From the NCBI GenBank assembly GCA_002633005.1, contig NMRA01000250.1, positions 211,112 through 275,111 of the forward strand: a stretch of DNA of 64,000 nt, in the 5' to 3' direction. The stretch is from Phoronis australis. Taxonomy: Eukaryota > Animalia > Phoronida. Of the stretch, positions 12,920 to 24,000 are shown piece by piece (within the stretch, counting starts at the first letter, position 1; every line of letters starts with the position of its first letter). Under the pieces are notes generated by a model. That model was not told the origin of the DNA, did no database searches, and saw nothing but the letters and a program-made list of their open reading frames with translations. The translations under genes were made by a program, and so were the position numbers.

Positions 12920-13150
12920 ACAGATAGATTGGTGAAAACTGATTGATACTGTTCATTTAAATGTCTGCTTTTTCTTCGGGTTTCAAGTGAAGTTTGACAT
13001 TCTTCTTGAGTGCCGGGATACCAAAAAGAGTCTTTTCTGAGAGATTTGACATAGGTCCAAAAAGGTTTGCTCCAATTCTCCATAGAGGAAGAAGTCAGTC
13101 AGATACTTCGTCGTGGGCTTTGTTCAGCCTTTGTTGAGTTCTTTCTCCAA
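12920..13150 (-). mobile_element. Degenerate LINE ORF2 fragment (CR1/L2 group)
   Basis: SKPFWTYVKSLRKDS...LNEQYQSVFT, linker region upstream of the RT domain; frameshifted. Confidence 0.7.
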
Positions 13151-13189
13151 AGTCAAGTTGGTATAAGTACCATTTGCACATACATAGAT

Positions 13190-13810
13190 GACGTAGAGGG
13201 AAACCTTAGGCGGTCGTCAAATTGTCCTTAATTCCTTCCAACTCAAACACGCGCAGTGTAAAATGGCCAGTTGCTGATTTGGACAACTGAACAAAGGACT
13301 GCTAAAAAGTTTGATTAATATGGGAGTATTTGTCTGAGTTGGAAGGAATTATCAATTATAGACATAGGTGGATTTGCCCCTCTATGCCTGGCTCTATGTC
13401 CATATACATGCACATAACACTAACAGGTATTTATAGTATCAACAAGAGCCCAACATGACTTTGATGGTTAATCAGTATGAGGCATAATTCGCTGAAAGGC
13501 TTCCGACGTATGAAGGGACTATGTGAGCATAACCATCTCTACTGCTCAGTAGAGGCGGCGACACTGTCTAGTTTAAGACTACGTAGGCAATGACCATCGC
13601 CTCTGTTGGCCCGAACCAGAGGCGATGCAGAGGCTATAGGCGCTCTGTACGCCGGAAGCTTTTCGGCGAATTATGCCTCGCACCGACTAAACCATCAAAG
13701 TCACGTTGTTATAAATACCTTTTGCGCATAAAGGAACACCTGAGGAGGTTGTCGATGCCTTTAATTCCTTCCAACTCGAACAAATACTCCAATTATCAAA
13801 CTTTTTCTTC
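13190..13810. mobile_element. Nested inverted-repeat (MITE/foldback-like) elements
   Basis: 13479-13510 inverted with 13648-13679; 13305-13351 inverted with 13763-13806 and partly 13230-13249. Confidence 0.6.
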
Positions 13811-14070
13811 GAGCAGTCCCTATTTCAGTTCCCAAAATCGTGAAATCAACTTTTTCATTTTTTAACCAGGCCGTAGGTCAGAAGTTGCGGACCTACCGGC
13901 GAACTTTGAAAGCTGAAGGTCCCGCCCTTCGCGTACGTGCTGCCGGGAACCAGCCGTGCATTTGCCGTGTTGTTAAACATTAAAATGTCAAATATGTGCA
14001 CAAAGACTATTAAATGTCATATCAACAGCATTTATTTTTATCAAATACAAACAATAATTCATTGAAATAC

Positions 14071-14877
14071 NNNNNNNNNNNNNNNNNNNNNNNNNNNNNN
14101 NNNNNNNNNNNNNNNNNNNNNNNNNNNNNNNNNNNNNNNNNNNNNNNNNNNNNNNNNNNNNNNNNNNNNNNNNNNNNNNNNNNNNNNNNNNNNNNNNNNN
14201 NNNNNNNNNNNNNNNNNNNNNNNNNNNNNNNNNNNNNNNNNNNNNNNNNNNNNNNNNNNNNNNNNNNNNNNNNNNNNNNNNNNNNNNNNNNNNNNNNNNN
14301 NNNNNNNNNNNNNNNNNNNNNNNNNNNNNNNNNNNNNNNNNNNNNNNNNNNNNNNNNNNNNNNNNNNNNNNNNNNNNNNNNNNNNNNNNNNNNNNNNNNN
14401 NNNNNNNNNNNNNNNNNNNNNNNNNNNNNNNNNNNNNNNNNNNNNNNNNNNNNNNNNNNNNNNNNNNNNNNNNNNNNNNNNNNNNNNNNNNNNNNNNNNN
14501 NNNNNNNNNNNNNNNNNNNNNNNNNNNNNNNNNNNNNNNNNNNNNNNNNNNNNNNNNNNNNNNNNNNNNNNNNNNNNNNNNNNNNNNNNNNNNNNNNNNN
14601 NNNNNNNNNNNNNNNNNNNNNNNNNNNNNNNNNNNNNNNNNNNNNNNNNNNNNNNNNNNNNNNNNNNNNNNNNNNNNNNNNNNNNNNNNNNNNNNNNNNN
14701 NNNNNNNNNNNNNNNNNNNNNNNNNNNNNNNNNNNNNNNNNNNNNNNNNNNNNNNNNNNNNNNNNNNNNNNNNNNNNNNNNNNNNNNNNNNNNNNNNNNN
14801 NNNNNNNNNNNNNNNNNNNNNNNNNNNNNNNNNNNNNNNNNNNNNNNNNNNNNNNNNNNNNNNNNNNNNNNNNNNNN
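14071..14877. other. Assembly gap covering SORL1 start codon/promoter
   Basis: 807 N; SORL1 exon 1 emerges from its right edge. Confidence 0.95.
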
Positions 14878-15001
14878 GAAAATTGAAGTTGATCTTCGTG
14901 GGGCAAAAGAAGATGCCACCGATTTCTTGAAAACGCACTTGGCCGACGCCGAATCTCGACACAAACGCAGCGCTCCAAACAACTCGCCCATTTCAAAAAT
15001 G
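14878..15001 (+). CDS. SORL1: SORL1 exon 1, 3' part (propeptide with furin site RHKR/SA)
   Basis: [41 protein letters not shown]|gtttgt; phase 0 joins exon 2; 5' end in N gap. Confidence 0.85.
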
Positions 15002-18000
15002 GTTTGTATTAGTTTGAATTTGCCTTATAGGTTATGCTTGTCTCATGCGTGCTAGTACGGTGCTTTCAGCCAAAATCAGCTATGCACGACCAAATTTTAT
15101 TTCATGTAATTGCTCAAGATGAAATCTCAAAAACGCTGAGGGCTGAGGCTATGCTTTTCTAATTACTATATCGTTTGTTTTCATTTCATGCAATTTTAAA
15201 AGTTATTCATGGAAATCGTATCTAATTCTTATTATTTGATAACCCTCATGCAAAAGTGGAACATTTTATCCACAATTTCTTCAGCGTTTTGGATAACAGT
15301 GCGTAATGACAATGTAAGGAGTGTGCATATAAAACAATGGTTCGACTCACCTTGGAACACGCCTCTACTGTTTGGGACCCTTATACCCAAAAAGAGATTG
15401 CAGCTATAGAGAAAGTACACAGGAGAGCTGCTCAATGGGTCATGAGACTGTTCAATCATCTATCCTCTGTCGATTCAATGGTAGAAACCTTAAACTGGCC
15501 CACTCTCAGTCACAGTCGCAAAATCTGTCGTCTGAAAATGTTTTACAAATATAATAAGAAGTTGGTGATCATCAACTCTGATGTTGCCCCTATCGCATAT
15601 CTTACTGTTTGGGCATCTGTATCAGAAGGTCATCAAATTATAGTAGTACAATAAATAGGACAGATTACAGGAATAAGACATTCTTTCCTAGAACAGTCGC
15701 GGACTGGAATAGCTTGCCGGGCTACATTACATCAGTGCCTTCTCTTGATATCTTTGTGAGCAAGTTATCTGCCTGTCTGAAGTAACATAGTGGGGTGCCT
15801 CCATTTGGAGTACCCGCTTACTGACTGCCTTATCTGTTAACAATCTAGCTATGTTAACCGACCTCTGAAGTGACGTCCACTATGTACATATATTCTAATA
15901 GTTGTTCTCGTTTTTGTTGATCTTCATTGTTATACAGTGACACAATACTCTTGAGAGAGTGAGGTCACTTAAACCAAGAAGAAGAAGAAAACATATTATC
16001 TGAAAGATTTGTGTGAATCCGCTCTGTCATTTCCAATGTGCCAAAGTTGGCTTAAGTTGGACATTTTTCTAGGGTCCTAGGTACCCTTAAGGGCAGCCTA
16101 GGGGGTGGCACATCCTAACCCATCGTGTACACCATAAGAACTTGCAAATTACACTTAACCTTGGCTGAACTATGAGTCAACTTTATGTGTACATACCTTT
16201 CAAGTCATGTATTTTGATTTAGACATACCAAAACTGCCATAGTCAGTTCTGACCAACTTTAACCAGCATCAGCATGTTCAAAGTTCAACACATCCAACAT
16301 TCAAGCATTGCGCAAAGGTGTCTCCTATTCCTCTTGAGTGCGGTCTTACTTGTGAATATGTGCAAGGGAGTGAATGAGAACCTTGATATAATGCGAAAGC
16401 GTTTTCTGGGGATGTGCTCGTATTTTAAGAGTTCCAACAGCTTCAAAGTTGAACAGCTTTAATACCGTAGATTAAGCAAGAGTTATACAAATAACATCCT
16501 AGAGATGGCGTTGTTTTATTCATCATCTAACTGCTACAGCAGTTTTCAGTTCATTAAATTAACGTTTTGTTTTATTTACATACAGAATGTGGTCAAACTA
16601 AGTTGAATTTTAGTAAACATATCTAGATGACACTAAAGTATAGCTTTGATGTAAATACTTATGTGTTGAAAAATCAATTGCATCTAGATTAAATCCCTAG
16701 CAACTTGTTCACATAATTGTGTGACTGTCTTTGAAGTTGAAAGAGTGAAATTACAAGCTGAAGGCTACTTTGGGAAAAGTATGTCAAGACATTAGGTCAT
16801 GTGATATGGCTGATATGGCCAATAGGCGGCGTGCTGACCAGACTTAAAAATATTTGTGTTGACTTGAAAGTGTTGTTGTTATTTCAGGTGCAGGTGAATT
16901 CGTCCCACTATCAGATGTTGGTGAACTGGGCAGGTTTGGGCAGTAAGGTGATTGTCGCCTTGGCGAAGGACCCTGTGATGACCCCTAGGTCAACCAGCAT
17001 ACTGTTTGTATCCTATGACTATGGGTTGAGTTTTGTGAACCGAACAGTGAAGTACGGCAACACGACAGTAGTGATGAATGACTTTCAGAATAGTCCAGTG
17101 TACAACAGCCATGTAAGTATTGCTTCAGCTGACCTAATTTGTTTGTGTTTAGTCATATACAGGGCTGATAACTCCAGTATAGTACTAGTGAAAGGTAGCA
17201 GAGGTCATGCTATCAACTTATTGATTAGTAGCATAATTTCAGAAAATCTTTATAAGTTACTTTTCTAGTTTTGTAGATGTTCGACTAAATACGCAAACTT
17301 GGCGATAATCTCCTTCGTAACTTTAGCCAGTTACTAGGGTGGTAGTGACCTCCAGTGGCAATATGTTGAATCTGGACTCGAAAGAGTATTCTCGATGGAT
17401 GGGATATTGCTCACGCATTCAGTCACAGACAGGCTGCTAAGACGGCGAGAATTGATGGGGAATACTCGATGATGGACAGTTTTCGAGGACATGTATAGTT
17501 GTTGGTGGCCATCGTTGCAGAAATTTATAAATCTCCATTGTTCACTTAAACGTAACTTGCTTATTTAGCACACAACGTGACATTGTATTAATTGCATTAA
17601 AATTTTCCGCAAAAATTAAGATTAAGATCATTACAGGTGATTGCAAGCATGTCTTGCTGTGTATTGATGGCATAAAGCAATATATAAGGTCTCATTACAT
17701 ACAATAAGGTAATTGGACGTTGAAAAATGGAGAAATGGCTATTTTGTCAATTATTCTTGTACAAAACAAGTGGAGAATCATCATGCTGTTTTCTGTTCCA
17801 GTATATATTCACGGATGTTATTCACAACTTAACAGTGACTTCCACCAATTACGGCCGCACATTCCTCGTCACCCATCTGAGTTTTTGTCCGCGAACAATC
17901 GCCCTACATCCAAGTAACTACCGCGTTATCCTGGCTTCCGATGAGGCTGATCGCAGAAAAAGAGTAAGTTGTTACTTTGTTGGCATCAATTTTTCTTTAA

Positions 18001-21000
18001 ATTAACAGTTTCGTGAAATTCTCCATGAAGCCTTTGGAATTTTGTGTCAAGGGCTCATTACTAATAGGATTTCAGACACAAGGGTTATGACCATGTTTTT
18101 TAATGTATTTAAAGGTTTTTATATTTTTGTTATGGTCTTGGTTATCATATGTTTCAATGTTTTGTAGATAATCCTCAGAATATCATGTTTGGTTCAACTA
18201 TTACCTAAAAATCGAGTGGAGAAAGGGCGGACACTCGACTAAAGTGACATGGAGGTCCTAAAAATTGACCCGTAAATTTGAGGCCCTGTGGGCAATTGAC
18301 TTGAAGCCACGTTTTTCTAAAGCGATCACTTAATTGAGGGTAGCCTTTGAATCAGTAAACTGAAGGAAGGAATAATATTCATATTCACATAACTTGGAGT
18401 GTCCATTATTTCTCTAACACCTTTCTATTTTCGTCTCAGTTGTACATGTCTCGTAACTTTGGTCGGACATGGATTTGGCTGACAAGCAGCGTGAAGTCAT
18501 ATTATTGGTGAGTAACGATTCTTGTGGCACATAGTAAATTTGAATGTGGAAATAATTGTCCAATAAAAGGGATGTATGAACTTTAACTGTGACCATGAAG
18601 AAAACTGATGTTAATCGTGGCACCATTTTGTAAACTCGAAAGACTTGGTTACTAAGTGCTCATTGGCCATAATAAATACAATGGGCTACTCACTCGAATG
18701 TTCTAAATTCATGTCTTTGAGGAATCATGATTAAACTAGTACTTTTCACATAGCCAATACTCAGCTCTTTAATAAGAGCTGAAGGTCCACCAGAAGGCTT
18801 GGTGAAATGGATGTAAACCAAAAGAATGGGAGGAAAATTTCTGTTAAGTGTGCTAGTACAAACAAAATCAAGTTCCCTTGACACTTTTAGAAAACCACAA
18901 AACTCGTACTGGTTATATTTTGCCTCTTTTTACCTTCCTTTAAGAACGAGTTAAATCGTCGGCCATCTTGTGAGCTCAGTTTTTTACCTAATGACGTCAT
19001 GTAGTGACACGAATGCCAGCCAGTGAGCCCAGTTAATGCTTTAGTTCGTGAGTTCATTGGTAGTCAGATTAAAAATGCAAATGGTGGAGTGACAAGTGAA
19101 AAGTAATAAGTCGAATCTTTGAGTGAATATTAAGTCCTTTTGAAGCGCTTGATTTCTGTGCAGTTATATTTGCTGTATTATTTCTTAAGATAAATGTGTT
19201 TACACGATTGCAATTCTGACAAATGCGGGTTAATGTTTGATGAGCAATTCGAGTGTCGTGATTTTTCATAATACTCTCCAATGAAGAGAAAAGTGATGAA
19301 TGGGTAAGAGTGGCCAGGAAACTTATTTTCCAAGGAGACTTCTTTCCTGTGACACCACCAGTGGACACTCGTCAATATTTACCCACAATGTTCCTCATCC
19401 GTGAGACTGCAATTTCATGGCTGCCATGATGGTGGTTATGATTTTATGCCAAAATTATTGGATCACCTTCATTGTTGTACCTGCAAAAGTATCCTTTCGC
19501 TATAGAGTTGGTGCACACAGCAGGCAGTCGAGAAACTAAGAAGTTAATATTACTAGATCCACTCATAGNGTTTTTTGTCATTGGTCATTCCAAGCCCTGA
19601 AGTTGTTACTTTGTTGGCATCAATTTTTCTTTAAATTAACAGTTTCGTGAAATTCTCCATGAAGCTTTTGAAATTTTGTCAAGGGCTCATTACTAATAGG
19701 ATTTCAGACACAAGGGTTATGACCATGTTTTTTAATGTATTTAAAGGTTTTCATATTTTTATGGTCTTGGTTATCTTATGTTTCAATGTTTTGTAGATAA
19801 TCCTCAGAATATCATGTTTGGTTCAACTATTACCTAAAAATCGAGTGGAGAAAGGGCTGACACTCGACTAAAGTGACATGGAGGTCCTAAAAATTGACCC
19901 GTAAATTTGAGGCCCTGTGGGCAATTGACTTGAAGCCACGTTTTTCTAAAGCGATCACTTAGTTGAGGGTACCCTTTGAATCAGTAAACTGAAGGAAGGA
20001 ATAATATTCATATTCACATAACTTGGAGTGTCTGTTATTTCTCTAACACCTTTCTATTTTCGTCTCAGTTGTATATGTCTCGTAACTTTGGTCGGACATG
20101 GATTTTGCTGACAAGCAGCGTGAAGTCATATTATTGGTGAGTAACGATTCTTGTGGAACATAGTAAATTTGAATGTGGAAATAATTGTCCAAAATAAGGG
20201 ATGTATGAACTTTAACTGTGACCATGAAGAAAACTGATGTTAATCGTGGCACCATTTTGTAAACTTGAAAGACTAAATGCTCATTGGCCATAATAAATAC
20301 AATGGGCTACTCACTCGAATGTACTAAATTCATGTCTTTGAGGAATCATGATTAACCTAGTACTTTTCACATAGCCAATACTCAGCTCTTTAATAGAGCT
20401 GAAGGTCCACCAGAAGGCTTGGTGAAATGGATGCAAATCAAAAGAATGGGAGGAAAATTTCTGTTAAGTGTGCTAGTACAAACAAAATCTAGTTCCCTTG
20501 ACACTTTTAGAAAACCACAAAACTCTTACTGGTTATATTTTGCCTCTTTTTACCTTCCTTTAAGAACGAGTTAAATTGTCGACCATCTTGTGAGCTCAGT
20601 TTTTTACCTAATGACGTCATGTAGTGACACGAATGCCAGCCAGTGAGCCCGGTTAATGCTTTAGTCCATGAGTTCATTGGTAGTCAGATTAAAAATGCAA
20701 ATGGTGGAGTGACAAGTGAAAAGTAATAAGTCGAATCTTTGAGTGAATATTAAGTCCTTTTGAAGCGCTTGATTTCTGTGCAGTTATATTCGCTGTATTA
20801 TTTCTTAAGATAAATGTGTTCACACGATTGCAATTCTGACACATGCGGGTTAATGTTTGATGAGCAATTCGAGTGTCGTGATTTTTCATAATACTCTCCA
20901 ATGAAGAGAAAAGTGATGAATGCGTAAGAGTGGCCAGGAAACTTATTTTCCAAGGAGACTTCTTTCCTGTGACACCACCAGTGGACACTCGTCAATATTT

Positions 21001-24000
21001 ACCCACAATGTTCCTCATCCGTGAGACTGCAATTTCATGGCTGCCATGATGGTGGTTATGATTTTATGCCAAAATTATTGGATCACCTTCATTGTTGTAC
21101 CTGCAAAAGTATCCTTTCGCTATAGAGTTGGTGCACACAGCAGGCAGTCGAGAAACTAAGCAGTTAATATTACTAGATCCACTCATAGTCCAGTCTTCTG
21201 ATTGGCTAAAACACAGTGCAGTGACCTCTGTTGTGAGGTGATGATGCCCAGCTAGACATGGAATTTTCACTTTTTATTCAAGTCACTCGGACATCAGATG
21301 TCGCTGTTCATCATCTGACTAATTACATGCTGCTGCAACCACAAAACTGTAATCGTGTAACTAAAGTTGGCGAGTATATGACAACAGGAAAATACTTGTT
21401 AGTCTTAAGTGACGAAGAAATCTGAGCAAAAATGCTTTTGATCAGCGTTATAGACCAATGCCTCAACCCTGTAAGGTTAAAAAGTTCCAAACATTTTTAT
21501 CAATGCTCTTCTAAGATCCATATAATGCAATATTGTGCTCAAGCTCAGTCCATATATGTGTAATGTTCATGGACATGTAATGACTCTTTCCCTGCTTACT
21601 ATCTGTGTGCAAAGTGCTGTATACTTTGAAATATACATTGTAGGTCTTGTATACAACATACTTTAATTCTACCTTGACGAAAGAATCGATTTCAATTTGG
21701 GACAGTCCTGTTCACTAAATGCTGGTTGTCTGTGTATATTTTAGGGGAATGCCACCACACGACTCGCCTAATTCACTGTACGTGGAGCGTCAGGGAGCCT
21801 TTGGTCGCTCATTCGTTATCAAGTTTTCTAACCTCCTCTCGTACTGGCGCTACAGAACCTACCATAGTGTTATCAGCAATGTTGTTGACTTTGAAGTAAA
21901 GAAAGAATTCATGTTTGCCACCAAGGTCAACAGGACTGATGTAAGTTAGATCATGTGATCCGGGATTCCCGTTGTTGGTTGGGAAGATCTTCGGCACTTT
22001 TGTTTCACCAGTCACCTTCGTATTGAATTAGTGCTTGGAGATTTGCAGTTGGCAAGGAGAAACTGTTTTTAATGCTAAGCAAGGCTTTAGTGATGTTTCA
22101 TACAAATCTGAAACTAAGTTAAAAGGATTTTCAGTGCAGTCCTGGTCGTCACGGGGGGTGGGGGAGCTTATTTTAAACTCTGTGCATTGTACTGTCAGCA
22201 CTGTATCAGTCTGAGCGCTTGACGAATGTAAAGTGAAAACATGCATCGTGTCTTTTTTCAGTCCTCACGATCACAGTACAACCTACAATTGTGGGTGTCG
22301 AAGAACAGGCAGAGCTTTGTCCAAGCCGACATACCTTACGATTACCGACACCTGGTGAGTGAATGGTGAAGTAATTTTTGTTGAGGTGTTTTAGTCAGAA
22401 TGGACGTAGCCTTGACACAGCCAAGGATTACTTACACCTGAAGAGTGGCAATGGAGCTATTCTCAGTTAAAACAGCTTATTATTATTATTTGTAAACTAC
22501 TTATTCTTATTAAAATGACAAGCAAGAAATGTAATTTAAGGCCTCAAAGTGGGCCACCTATGTTAATATAGGCAGCCCCCATGAAGGTGAATATAATCTA
22601 GCATACCTTAAGAACGGAGTAAAATCTCATCAATTTCGGACAAAATAATGGCAAGAATGCCCGTTGTGAATGTCTCCAAATTTCAAAATGTTCTATAAAA
22701 GCATTTAATTTAGTGCTACATACCTTTCATAGAAAAATGACCAAATAGAATGCCGTTTAGTGGCCATATTTTGTTCAAAAGCAGTGAGATATTATTGTAT
22801 TGACCAAGTTAAGCACCTGTAGGCATTTGTGCATTCGTGTTACACTTTCCTCATTTCTGAATTAGTGCGTCATGGATGTTGCACTTTGTCTGTATGTGTG
22901 TGACCTTGCTTGAAAACTCTTGTTCTCGTGGGAAGAATTTTACGGGCATTATTGGCTGCTAGCTCAGGAGGGGTTATGGACCTTTCTCCGATGCTTGCAA
23001 ACATGTGTGAGAGCATGTTAGAACTTTGCTTCATTCGATGCCAAGACGAAACGCAGTCACTCATTCATTGTAATTTGCAACACTGCCTTTTTGAATATTC
23101 TTTGACACAAAAGTGGCTTTTTAACAACATGATGGTCACAAAGAATGAAAAAAATGTTCTGTGAAAATCTGCTTCATTTAATCTCCATCCAAGTCAGATG
23201 TGCACTGTGGGTAGTGCTGACTAGTTGTCCACAAAGTACTCCTCTGCCATCTAATGACACAATTTTATCATCACTTTGAAGTCATATCGTAGAACGGCAA
23301 CTGTTAGGACCTCTGTTATTACTGATGAAAGACTTACCCCAGAGCATGTGAATTGAGTAAGTGTTAGCCACCATCGTCATGGTGTTTTCAGGATTACTAC
23401 ATTGCTGATGCCACCATCATCATGGTGTTTTCAGGATTACTACATTGTTGATACCACCATCATTATGGTGTTTTCAGGATTACTACATTGCTGATGCCAC
23501 CATCATCATGGTGTTTTCAGGATTACTACATTGCTGATGCCACCATCGTCATGGTGTTTTCAGGATTACTACATTGTTGATACCACCATCATCATGGTGT
23601 TTTCAGGATTACTACATTGTTGATACCACCATCATCATGGTGTTTTCAGGATTACTACATTGCTGATGCCACCGAAGGAATGGTAATGTTGTGTGTTAAC
23701 CACAATCGCTCTCTGACTCATCTCTATGTATCTGATGCAACGGGCACCAAGTACAGCCTCTCTCTGGAGCGCGTCGTCTATTTCAACCCCAACGGCTCCC
23801 TCCAGGATACCTGGCTCAGGTGTGTGTTTGGTCTTGCATTCAGTGAGGAGCTCAAAATGCACCAGGTGGCGCCAGTGAACACAGGTCCAATCTTCATATT
23901 TAAGTGAATGCATTCTGGTTTTGTCATGTGGGACCCTTATTCTATGGGTGGCTCATGGTGGTGTACATGTTTTGTCCTGTGGGACCCTTATCCTATGGGT

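Larger units (their letters stand above)
17966..21188 (+). repeat. 1.6-kb near-identical direct duplication (17966-19568 and 19600-21188) around a single N
   Basis: Colinear copies with scattered SNPs and small indels; N at 19569. Confidence 0.95.

Noticed and set aside
13988-14996. Long ORFs of 290-324 aa in the ORF track
   Set aside because: Artefacts of translating through the N gap; same for 28581-29243.
15337-15654. Independent protein-coding gene
   Set aside because: Frameshifted, truncated LINE ORF2 C-terminus.
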